Assembly (NCBI GenBank): GCA_045579125.1
Contig: JAZNLN010000185.1
Coordinates: 1-50,067, forward strand
Source of the DNA: Ruminiclostridium sp.
Lineage (GTDB): Bacteria > Bacillota > Clostridia > Oscillospirales > Ruminococcaceae
Direction of reading: 5' to 3'
DNA: 50,067 bases
Part shown: positions 36,997-45,400 of the stretch, one piece after another
Layout: each line of letters begins with the position of its first letter
Position numbering within the stretch: position 1 is the first letter of the stretch
Position numbers and translations under genes: made by a program
Notes under the pieces: model-generated
Told to the model about the DNA's origin: nothing
Seen by the model: only the letters and a program-made list of their open reading frames with translations
Databases searched by the model: none

Positions 36997-37647
36997 TTAA
37001 TTCCATTTACCTCGGTTGTTGATTTTATGCTTGATAAATTTGTACTCCCTTTTGCAGAAGTTAAAGAAATCCTCGTAGAAAAAGAGAATGAAGTTCGCAA
37101 GAGAAATAATAATCGCTATTCTTCCCGACCAGCTGCCGACTACGAATGAATACACAAAGTAGCCGAGGTCTATAAGAGCAAGCCATTTCACCTCGATAGG
37201 GAACATGAAAAACACTCTGAACTGACAATCCGGGTAAAGCACGGCAAACGCAAAGAACATCGAAAAATAAATGTACTCATTTGTTGTGAAACCCGTTATG
37301 AAGCCTCCTGCGGCAGTCAGCAGAACTCCCGTAAAATAATAAACGTTGAATTTGAAACTGCCCCAGCGTTCCTCAAGAGACGAGCCGATAAAGAAATAAA
37401 CGCACAGGCTGACTAAAATCCACAGAATCGACTGCGTCGGCGGGAGAAGTGCGTACGTTATGACACGCCATACCTCGCCCTGCATAACAAGCTCCGACGA
37501 GAAAAACATATAGTACGTCAGCGAAAAGTTCGTGACGAACTTTTCAACGATAAATACCGCAAACATCGACGCTACTACGAAAAATATTATATTCGGCGGA
37601 GCGTATTTTCCTATTTTACGGTCAAGCTTATTAAGAAGTCTGTTCAT
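36997..37647 (-). CDS. Rhomboid/Derlin-like membrane protein lacking catalytic residues
   Basis: About 6 TM helices, GEVWRVITY (WR motif), LEERWG, no GxSG. Confidence 0.75.
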   Translation of the reverse strand: MNRLLNKLDRKIGKYAPPNIIFFVVASMFAVFIVEKFVTNFSLTYYMFFSSELVMQGEVWRVITYALLPPTQSILWILVSLCVYFFIGSSLEERWGSFKFNVYYFTGVLLTAAGGFITGFTTNEYIYFSMFFAFAVLYPDCQFRVFFMFPIEVKWLALIDLGYFVYSFVVGSWSGRIAIIISLANFILFFYEDFFNFCKREYKFIKHKINNRGKWN

Positions 37648-37665
37648 AGAAAATCCTTTCTGCCG

Positions 37666-38526
37666 TCATTCGATGTGCTCCACATGCTCCAGAAGCTCCT
37701 CGACATAATTCGGCAGAGCAAAGCACGCTGTGTGCAGTTCGGGATTGTAATATGCGGTCGATAATCCCAGCGACAGCCAGCGCTCGGGGCTGTAATCCCT
37801 GACGGGGTGGAATTTCTTTGACGCAAAGCCGAAAAGCCAGTGTCCCGACGGATATGTCGGAATATGCGCCTGGTACACCTTGCTGATGGGGAACGTGTCT
37901 ATAATGCGCTTGTGGGCACGCTGCATTGCGAGTGCGTCCTCGGAATAGAACGGACTTTCATGCTGATTTACCATTATTCCGTTCTCGGTCATCGCCTTGT
38001 AGCAGTTGCCGTAGAACTCCTTTGTAAAAAGTCCCTCGCCCGGTCCGAACGGGTCGGTCGAATCGACGATAATCAGGTCGTACTTGTTCTCGACACGACG
38101 TATAAAACGCAGGCCGTCCTGAACGTACACGCTGACACGCTTGTCGTTGTATCCGCAGGCTGTCTGCGGCAGATACGCCTTGCACGCTCTGATGACATCC
38201 TCGTCAATCTCAACGAGGTCTATGCTTTCAAGGGATTTGTAGCGTGACAGCTCACGCAGTACGCCGCCGTCGCCCGCTCCTATTACAAGCACGTTCTTTA
38301 TATCCGGGTTGGTCGCCATAGGAACGTGTACTATCATTTCGTGATAGATAAATTCGTCCTTTTCCGTAAGCATCATATAGCCGTCAAGAGTAAGAAAACG
38401 TCCGAATTCCTCGGATTCGAAAATATCAATATGCTGATACTTGCTCTGCTTGCTGAATATCTGCTTGTTCACCTTGATTGAAAAGCGGACATTCGGCGTA
38501 TGATATTCGCTGAACCATAAATCCAT
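37666..38526 (-). CDS. speE: Polyamine aminopropyltransferase (spermidine synthase)
   Basis: DEFIYHEMIVH, VLVIGAGDGG, VEID, IIVDSTDP, PTYPSGHW; RBS AGGAGG. Confidence 0.96.
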   Translation of the reverse strand: MDLWFSEYHTPNVRFSIKVNKQIFSKQSKYQHIDIFESEEFGRFLTLDGYMMLTEKDEFIYHEMIVHVPMATNPDIKNVLVIGAGDGGVLRELSRYKSLESIDLVEIDEDVIRACKAYLPQTACGYNDKRVSVYVQDGLRFIRRVENKYDLIIVDSTDPFGPGEGLFTKEFYGNCYKAMTENGIMVNQHESPFYSEDALAMQRAHKRIIDTFPISKVYQAHIPTYPSGHWLFGFASKKFHPVRDYSPERWLSLGLSTAYYNPELHTACFALPNYVEELLEHVEHIE

Positions 38527-38538
38527 AAGCAAAACCTC

Positions 38539-39987
38539 CTATCTTATAACATTAAGCCGCTCTACCGCCATATCCTCCGAGCCCGTCATAAAACAGCCCT
38601 TTTCCTTGGCGTAGCGGATATGCTCAAGTATTTCCGCCGTCACAAGCTCGCCCGGCGCTATAATCGGTATTCCGGGGGGATAGCACATAACGAACTCGCT
38701 GCACACCCTGCCCTCGGCCTCGTCAAGAGGAACAGATACCTTTTCGGCGTAGAATGCCTCCTGCGGGCTTGCGCTTACCACGGGCGCAACATATTCCACG
38801 CTTAACAGCCCGCTGCGGTCACGCTTGTATTTACGGCGTATTTCCGACAGTGCGCCGACAAGTCTTTCGATGTCCCGCTCACGGTCGCCGACGGAGATGT
38901 AGGCAAGAATATTGCCCATGTCGCCGAATTCCGCCTGAATATCGTATTCGTCACGGAGTATGTCGTATACCTCAATGCCCGCAAGTCCTGTGTTGAGGGT
39001 GTTGATTGACAGCTTTGTCGTGTCGTAGTCAAAAATGCTGTCACCGTTGATTATTTCCTTTGAATAGGCATAATAATCACCGATGTCGTTTATTTCTTCC
39101 CTTGCGTACTCGGCAAGCGAGATAATTTTGTCGAAAATTTCCCCGCCCTTTGTTGCGAGTATTTTTCGGGAAATGTCAAGGCTTGACATGAAAAGATACG
39201 AGCCCGAGGTCGTCTGCGTAAGGTTTATTACCTGACGGACATAGCCCTCGCTCATTGTGTCGTTTATAAGCAGGAACGAGCTCTGCGTGAGCGAGCCGCC
39301 CGACTTATGCATGCTTACCGACGCCATATCTGCGCCCGAACGTATCGCACATGCGGGTAGTTTGTCGTTGAAATAGAAATGCGTGCCGTGAGCTTCGTCT
39401 GCAAGCAGGAGCATATTGTTCCTGTGCGCAAGCTCGGCTATTGCCTTTATATTCGAACAAATGCCGTAATATGTAGGATTATTCACAAAAACCGCTTTTG
39501 CGTCGGGATTTTCGGATATTGCACGCTCAACGTCGGAAACCGACATTCCGAGGGATATTCCGAGCCGCTCGTCAACTGCGGGATTTACATACACAGGCAC
39601 AGCGCCGTTGAGTATCATTGCGTTTATAACGCTCCTGTGCACATTTCGGGGGAGTATAATTTTATCGCCCCGCTTGGTTGACGAAAAAACCATCGCCTGC
39701 ACGGCGGAGGTCGTACCGCCTACCATGAAATATGCGTGAGCCGCACCGAATGCGTCCGCCGCAAGCTCCTCCGCCTCCTTGATTACCGAAACAGGGTGGC
39801 AAAGGTTGTCCAGCGGTTTCATCGAATTGACGTCAACGGTCATGCACTGTTCGCCGAGGAATGCGGTAAGCTCGGGGTTTCCCTTGCCCCGCTTATGCCC
39901 CGGAACGTCAAACGGCACGACACGGTTGCGCTTGTATTCTTCAAGAGCCTCCTTGACGGGCGCTCTGTCCTGATTGAATTTATACAT
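38539..39987 (-). CDS. speA: PLP-dependent arginine decarboxylase (Orn/Lys/Arg decarboxylase, Bacillus SpeA type)
   Basis: FDVPGHK, PRNVHRS, DEAHG, SMHK PLP lysine, TTSGSY, YPPGIP; substrate inferred from operon context. Confidence 0.85.
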   Translation of the reverse strand: MYKFNQDRAPVKEALEEYKRNRVVPFDVPGHKRGKGNPELTAFLGEQCMTVDVNSMKPLDNLCHPVSVIKEAEELAADAFGAAHAYFMVGGTTSAVQAMVFSSTKRGDKIILPRNVHRSVINAMILNGAVPVYVNPAVDERLGISLGMSVSDVERAISENPDAKAVFVNNPTYYGICSNIKAIAELAHRNNMLLLADEAHGTHFYFNDKLPACAIRSGADMASVSMHKSGGSLTQSSFLLINDTMSEGYVRQVINLTQTTSGSYLFMSSLDISRKILATKGGEIFDKIISLAEYAREEINDIGDYYAYSKEIINGDSIFDYDTTKLSINTLNTGLAGIEVYDILRDEYDIQAEFGDMGNILAYISVGDRERDIERLVGALSEIRRKYKRDRSGLLSVEYVAPVVSASPQEAFYAEKVSVPLDEAEGRVCSEFVMCYPPGIPIIAPGELVTAEILEHIRYAKEKGCFMTGSEDMAVERLNVIR

Positions 39988-40030
39988 CTAATCACCTTTC
40001 GAGCAGATGTGCCGCAATGCAATCCGCCGA

Positions 40031-40807
40031 TTATTCTTCGCTCAAATAAACGTTGCTTCCGCTGAATATCTCAATCATTTCCTGACGCAGGCTGTTTGTA
40101 ATGTCAAGTCTTGTCTTGGGCGGCAGCTCATATACGTCGGTGTTGAAAAGATAGTTCTGAAGATAAAGGTCCTTGATAAGCATTTTCGTATGGAAGATAT
40201 TTGACTGGTACACGTTCACGTCAACGGCGTCGTATTTACGGAGAATATCTCCCGAAATGAAATCCTGGATAGATGTGATTTTATGGTCAAGGAACAGCTT
40301 CTTGCCCGTCATATCACGGGTAAAGCCACGAATTTTGTAATCCATCGTGATAATGTCCGAGTCAAAGCTGCCGATAAGATAATCAAGCGTCGAAAGCGGC
40401 GTAATCTGTCCGCAGGTCGCTACGTCTATGTCAACACGGAATGTCGCAAGGCAGGTATCGGGGTGGTACTCGGGGTAGGTGTGCACCGTAACGTGGCTCT
40501 TGTCAAGGTGTCCGACAACCGTGTCGCCCGACATATTCTTTACCATCGACTCCTCGGCTATCATAATCGTAACGCTTGCACCCTGCGGCTCGTAGTCCTG
40601 ACGTGAAATATTAAGCACATGCGCACCTATCATTTCCGTTACCGTCGTCAGAATCTGCGTCAGACGCTCGGAGTTGTACTGATTGTGAATATACGAGATA
40701 TAATCCCTCTGCTCACGCTCGGTTTTCGCATAGCACACGTCGTAAATATTGAAGCTTAAAGATTTTGTAAGGTTGTTGAATCCGTAAAGTTTGAGTTTTC
40801 CGTCCAC
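40031..40807 (-). CDS. speD: S-adenosylmethionine decarboxylase proenzyme (E. coli-type)
   Basis: [40 protein letters not shown] autocleavage site, DVATCG; GTG start. Confidence 0.95.
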   Translation of the reverse strand: MDGKLKLYGFNNLTKSLSFNIYDVCYAKTEREQRDYISYIHNQYNSERLTQILTTVTEMIGAHVLNISRQDYEPQGASVTIMIAEESMVKNMSGDTVVGHLDKSHVTVHTYPEYHPDTCLATFRVDIDVATCGQITPLSTLDYLIGSFDSDIITMDYKIRGFTRDMTGKKLFLDHKITSIQDFISGDILRKYDAVDVNVYQSNIFHTKMLIKDLYLQNYLFNTDVYELPPKTRLDITNSLRQEMIEIFSGSNVYLSEE

Positions 40808-40840
40808 TTTTTATGACCTTTCCGCACATTGCCGTAAAAT

Positions 40841-41110
40841 AAAAAACTGCTCAAGTACACACTTGAACAGTTTACAGTTTTTGATTTTAGAGTCTATATA
40901 GCAAGAATTACTTTTACTACTCTTATTGACTGTTTCACAAGTGATACCCGGTTTATAAGAAACCAACTTATAAAATTTCAGCGCATTGCGCTGCATCAAT
41001 AAGGCAACAGAAGCTGCCGTTTCCGGCTTTCGACCAAGCTGTCCGTGTGGCTTTTTTCCGAGCGCTTTTACAGCGCTCTTGGGTCGTCATTCTTTGCTGA
41101 AGAACTACAA
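40841..41110 (-). ncRNA. Structured cis-regulatory 5' leader of the polyamine operon (ldcC-motif-like riboswitch/attenuator candidate)
   Basis: Promoter TTGATT-N17-TATAAT (41144-41116), then multiple hairpins and an intrinsic terminator (40873-40841) just before speD. Confidence 0.7.
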
Positions 41111-41234
41111 GACATATTATACAATAAATCGTGCAAAAAATCAATAGATTTTATGTTGTTAATTGTAGATAAAAAACAGGCTGAAATTTGTGCATTTTAC
41201 TTAAACACCCAACCGTTTCCGATTACACTTTTCC

Positions 41235-41263
41235 TTGACAAAATATGTTTTTTGCACTATAAT
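41235..41263 (+). promoter_or_regulatory. Consensus SigA promoter of thiN operon
   Basis: TTGACA-N17-TATAAT. Confidence 0.82.
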
Positions 41264-41313
41264 AATATTAAGAAAGCTGTATATTTTACAGAATTACGAG
41301 AGGACTGACCGCT

Positions 41314-41961
41314 ACGGCTGAAAAAAGATGTATAATTGTCGGCGCAGGCAGTTTTTTCGGTTTTATAGAGCCTTGCGAGGACGACATGATAATAGCCGCT
41401 GACGGCGGATGCAGAACGCTTGCACAGCTCGGAATAACTCCCGACATTGCTGTCGGCGATTTCGATTCCCTCGGCTGCACACCCGAACTCGGGAACGTTA
41501 TACGACTTAATCCCGTAAAAGATACGACGGATACTGCGGAGGCGGTAAAAATCGGTCTTGAAAACAACTGCGGAACATTTCTCATTTACGGCGGGACAGG
41601 CGGCAGAACCGAGCATACGATAGCGAATATGCAGACTGCAGTTTACCTGTCAAGGCTCGGAAAGAACTGCTTTATTTTCGACGACGGACGGATTATAACC
41701 GTCGTTACCGACGCAAGCGCCGAGTTTTCGGAGAATTTCAGAGGTTATATTTCCGTTTTCGCCGCAGACACTTCGGTTTCGGGCGTGAGCGAGAAAGGCC
41801 TTAAATACGCCCTTGAAAATGCGGAGCTTACAAACAGCTTTCCGCTCGGCGTGAGCAACGAATTTACAGGACAAAAAAGCGAGGTTTCCGTAAAGCACGG
41901 AACGCTGTATATAATCTTCGACGGCGGAGGAAATATCCTGCCGCAGATAAAACGGAAATAA
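41314..41961 (+). CDS. thiN: Thiamine pyrophosphokinase (apparent ACG start)
   Basis: IAADGG, VGDFDS, KDTTD, GGTGGRTEHTIAN, GLKY, GVSNEF. The conserved N-terminal KRCIIVGAG lies in frame upstream of the ATG at 41386. Confidence 0.88.
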   Translation, partial: TAEKRCIIVGAGSFFGFIEPCEDDMIIAADGGCRTLAQLGITPDIAVGDFDSLGCTPELGNVIRLNPVKDTTDTAEAVKIGLENNCGTFLIYGGTGGRTEHTIANMQTAVYLSRLGKNCFIFDDGRIITVVTDASAEFSENFRGYISVFAADTSVSGVSEKGLKYALENAELTNSFPLGVSNEFTGQKSEVSVKHGTLYIIFDGGGNILPQIKRK

Positions 41962-42002
41962 TCGGGCAGGCTCCCGAAATTCAATACGAAAGGATGATGT
42001 AA

Positions 42003-42605
42003 ATGTCAAACGAAAAACTTATCATCACAGTATCGAGAGAATACGGTTCAGGCGGACGCAAGATTGCGAAAATGCTCGCTGAATCACTGGGAATCGGATT
42101 CTATGACGGCGAACTGCTGTCGCTCGTAGCAAAGGAAAGCGGATATACGGAAGAATTCGTCCGCAAGAACGAGCAGAAGAAAACCCGCAGCCTGCTTTAC
42201 AGCCTGTATCTCAGCAGTCAGATTCTCCCCGCAGGCGACGTAATTTTTATAGCACAGACAAAGGTTATCCAGGACCTTGCCGAAAAGGAAAGCTGCGTAA
42301 TCGTCGGAAGATGCGCCGACTATGTTCTCCGCAACAGAGAAAACGTTGTGAACATCTTTATCCACGCCCCGTTCGAAAAGAGAGTGGAAAGAGTGCGTGA
42401 CGAATACAAGGAGGAGGCACCCGACAACAACCATAAGGCATATGTCCAGAAAAAGGACAAGGAAAGAGTTGCTTACTACAACTACTTTGCTGACGAGAAC
42501 TGGGGCAAGGCGAAATCCTACCACCTCTCAATCGACTCGTCTATCGGCGACGAATCCTGCGTAAGGATTATAACCGACTACATAAACGAAATCCGCAGCA
42601 AATAA
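42003..42605 (+). CDS. Cytidylate kinase-like family protein
   Basis: ITVSREYGSGG, CVIVGRCADYVL, YHLSIDSS. Confidence 0.88.
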   Translation: MSNEKLIITVSREYGSGGRKIAKMLAESLGIGFYDGELLSLVAKESGYTEEFVRKNEQKKTRSLLYSLYLSSQILPAGDVIFIAQTKVIQDLAEKESCVIVGRCADYVLRNRENVVNIFIHAPFEKRVERVRDEYKEEAPDNNHKAYVQKKDKERVAYYNYFADENWGKAKSYHLSIDSSIGDESCVRIITDYINEIRSK

Positions 42606-42692
42606 TTTCATATATTTTCCGCCCCTGCGTTGTTCGCTCGGGCGGATTTTGCCGCTGTGAAACAGAAAATATACATAAAAAAGGAATTGCAA

Positions 42693-44090
42693 ATGGAAAA
42701 ACCAGTAACAAAAGAAAACAAAATGGGGACAATGCCCATAAGCAGGCTCATCCTTTCGATGTCCCTGCCGATTGCGGCGTCGATGCTTGTTCAGGCGCTG
42801 TATAACATCGTTGACAGTATTTTCGTGTCGCAGATTTGCGAAGAGGCGCTGACGGGAGTAACCGTTGCGTTCCCGATGCAGAATCTGATGATTGCCGTCG
42901 GCGCAGGCACAGGCGTCGGTATCAGCGCAATGCTCTCAAAAAGCCTCGGCGAGAAAGACTACTCCAAGGTAAATAAAACCGCCTGTAACGGACTTCTGCT
43001 CGCCGTGCTCAATTTCATAATTTTCCTCGTTATCGGTCTTACTCTTTCCGAAACATTTGTTGCGTCGCAGGAAAAAGACCCCGCCGTTATTGCCTACGGT
43101 ACCGATTACCTCACGGTATGCAGCATATTCTCGCTCGGTCTGTTCGGACAGATTACATTCGAAAGACTGCTCCAGTCAACAGGAAAAACCATTTATTCTA
43201 TGTTTACGCAGGCGGCGGGCGCAATTATAAACATAGTCCTTGACCCGATAATGATTTTCGGCTATTTCGGATTCCCCGCAATGGGCATAAAGGGCGCTGC
43301 GATGGCAACGGTTATCGGACAGTTCTGCGCAATGATACTCGGACTTGTTTTCAACATAAAGCTTAACAAGGAAATAAAGCTTTCGTTCAGGGACATGAAA
43401 CCCTCCTCGCCCATTATAAAACGCATTTATGCGGTAGGTCTGCCGTCAATCGTAATGATGTCGATTTCATCGGTTATGACCTATTCAATGAATATTATCC
43501 TCGGCTCATTTTCAAAAACCGCAACCGCTGTATTCGGCGTATATTTCAAGCTCCAGAGCTTTTTCATAATGCCGCTTATGGGGCTTAATAACGGCATAGT
43601 ACCGATTATCTCCTACAACTACGGTGCACGCAAAAGAAGCCGTATCACAAGAACAAACAAGCTTTGCATGATTTACGCAGTAAGCTTTCTCATCGTCTGC
43701 TTTACGGTGTGTCAGATATTCCCCGAGCAGCTGTTTTCGATTTTCGAAACGACAGACGAAATGATGAATATGGGCATTTCCGCCCTGCGTATCATTTCGT
43801 TCCATTTCCTTATCGCAGGTTTTTCGATAATCATGCTTTCCACGTTCCAGGCGCTCGGAAACGGCGTATACAGTCTTATCGTATCGTCCATGCGTCAGCT
43901 TGTGGCGCTCGTTCCCGCCGCATATCTCCTTTCGCTTACAGGAGAAGTAAACAACGTGTGGTGGTCGTTCCCGATTGCGGAGATAATGTCTGTGGTATGC
44001 TGCGTTTTCTTCATGAGAAGAACATACAAAAAAATTATCAGCAAGCTACCGCTGACCGAGGAAGAACCTGTGACGGAGCAGAAAGGATAA
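42693..44090 (+). CDS. MATE family efflux transporter
   Basis: LVQALYNIVDSIFV, INIVLDPIMIFG, MGIKGAAMATVIGQ, SYNYGA; about 12 TM. Confidence 0.93.
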   Translation: MEKPVTKENKMGTMPISRLILSMSLPIAASMLVQALYNIVDSIFVSQICEEALTGVTVAFPMQNLMIAVGAGTGVGISAMLSKSLGEKDYSKVNKTACNGLLLAVLNFIIFLVIGLTLSETFVASQEKDPAVIAYGTDYLTVCSIFSLGLFGQITFERLLQSTGKTIYSMFTQAAGAIINIVLDPIMIFGYFGFPAMGIKGAAMATVIGQFCAMILGLVFNIKLNKEIKLSFRDMKPSSPIIKRIYAVGLPSIVMMSISSVMTYSMNIILGSFSKTATAVFGVYFKLQSFFIMPLMGLNNGIVPIISYNYGARKRSRITRTNKLCMIYAVSFLIVCFTVCQIFPEQLFSIFETTDEMMNMGISALRIISFHFLIAGFSIIMLSTFQALGNGVYSLIVSSMRQLVALVPAAYLLSLTGEVNNVWWSFPIAEIMSVVCCVFFMRRTYKKIISKLPLTEEEPVTEQKG

Positions 44091-44093
44091 TAT

Positions 44094-44738
44094 ATGGATT
44101 TCAAAGGCGCAATATTCGACCTCGACGGAACACTGCTCAATTCGATGTTTATATGGGAACAGATTGACCGTGAATTTCTCGGCGCAAGGGGCGTCAAAGA
44201 AGTACCCGAGGATTATGTGCAGGCTATCGCACCGATGGGCGTAATGGCAACAGCGCTTTACACAATCGAACGCTTCGGCTTTGACGAAACGCCCGAAAGC
44301 CTTATAAAAGAATGGGGCGATATGGCGCTCGATTTTTACAGCAATAAGGTGACGCTGAAAAAAGGCGCACGAGAATACCTCGAATATCTTTCCGCAAACG
44401 GCGTAAAGCTTGCCGTAGCTACCGCAAACGATGAAAAGCTGTATCTGCCCGCCCTGGAGCACACACGCATAGCGCATTATTTCACCGCCGCAGTCAGCGT
44501 GAACGACGTGTCAAGGGGCAAGGGTTTCCCCGACGTTTACGAGCTTGCCGCAGAGAAAATCGGACTTGCTCCGAGCGAATGCATGGTTTTTGAGGACGTG
44601 CTTACCGCCGCAAAGGGAGCAGTCGCAGGCGGCTTCCGCTGCACAGGAATTTACGACGACACGTCGGCAAGCGACAAGGACGAGCTGACAAAGCTGTGCG
44701 AAAGGTGCATAACCGATTTCACAGAGCTGCTTCCGTAA
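44094..44738 (+). CDS. HAD-family phosphatase
   Basis: IFDLDGTL motif I, VATAN, GKGFPDVY, VFEDV. Confidence 0.9.
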   Translation: MDFKGAIFDLDGTLLNSMFIWEQIDREFLGARGVKEVPEDYVQAIAPMGVMATALYTIERFGFDETPESLIKEWGDMALDFYSNKVTLKKGAREYLEYLSANGVKLAVATANDEKLYLPALEHTRIAHYFTAAVSVNDVSRGKGFPDVYELAAEKIGLAPSECMVFEDVLTAAKGAVAGGFRCTGIYDDTSASDKDELTKLCERCITDFTELLP

Positions 44739-44751
44739 TACAGATAAAAAT

Positions 44752-44792
44752 AAAACAGCACTTCGGGCTTTTGCCTTTGAAGTGCTGTTTTT
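44752..44792. terminator. Bidirectional terminator
   Basis: AAAACAGCACTTCG...TGAAGTGCTGTTTTT. Confidence 0.78.
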
Positions 44793-44794
44793 AG

Positions 44795-45388
44795 TTATTC
44801 TTCGTCTCCGATAGCAACGTCCTCGATAATTTCTCTTATCTGCTCGACGCCTTCTCCCGTTTCGGCGGAAAACGGAATCATTGTTATACTGTCTGCACAC
44901 GGAATTTCATTCTGATACGCCGCAAGGCGGGCCTCCCGCTCACGCTTCTTGAGCTTATCCGCCTTTGTCAGAACTACCACAAACGGAATTTCGTTATCAA
45001 TCAGAAAGTTTATCATCATGACGTCGTCCGCCGTCGGAGCATGACGGAAATCCACAAGCTGAAACACGAGCTGAAGATTTCTGTCGTCAACGAGATACCC
45101 CTCGATAAGCCCCGCCCAGCGCTGCTTCTCGGTCTTGGCAACCTTTGCGTAGCCGTATCCCGGCAGGTCGACAATGTTGATATTCTCAAGCTTATAGAAA
45201 TTTATCGTTACTGTTTTGCCGGGCGTGGCGCTCACTCTCGCAAGCGACTTGCGATTGAAAATCTTGTTGATGAGCGAGGATTTTCCGACGTTTGAGCGCC
45301 CCGAAAATGCGATTTCGATTTCATCGGATTTCGGTATCTGTTTAAAGGTTCCGTATGATGCGGCAAACTCCGCTTTGTTGAAATTCAT
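44795..45388 (-). CDS. yihA: Ribosome biogenesis GTPase YihA/YsxC (EngB)
   Basis: GRSNVGKSSLIN, TPGKT, DLPGYG, TKADK; follows lon as is usual in Firmicutes. Confidence 0.96.
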   Translation of the reverse strand: MNFNKAEFAASYGTFKQIPKSDEIEIAFSGRSNVGKSSLINKIFNRKSLARVSATPGKTVTINFYKLENINIVDLPGYGYAKVAKTEKQRWAGLIEGYLVDDRNLQLVFQLVDFRHAPTADDVMMINFLIDNEIPFVVVLTKADKLKKREREARLAAYQNEIPCADSITMIPFSAETGEGVEQIREIIEDVAIGDEE

Positions 45389-45400
45389 ATAGCTCCTCCG

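Noticed and set aside
40811-40999. 62-aa ORF within the speD leader as a possible leader peptide
   Set aside because: No convincing RBS and it runs through the terminator; RNA structure explains the region better, though it cannot be fully excluded.
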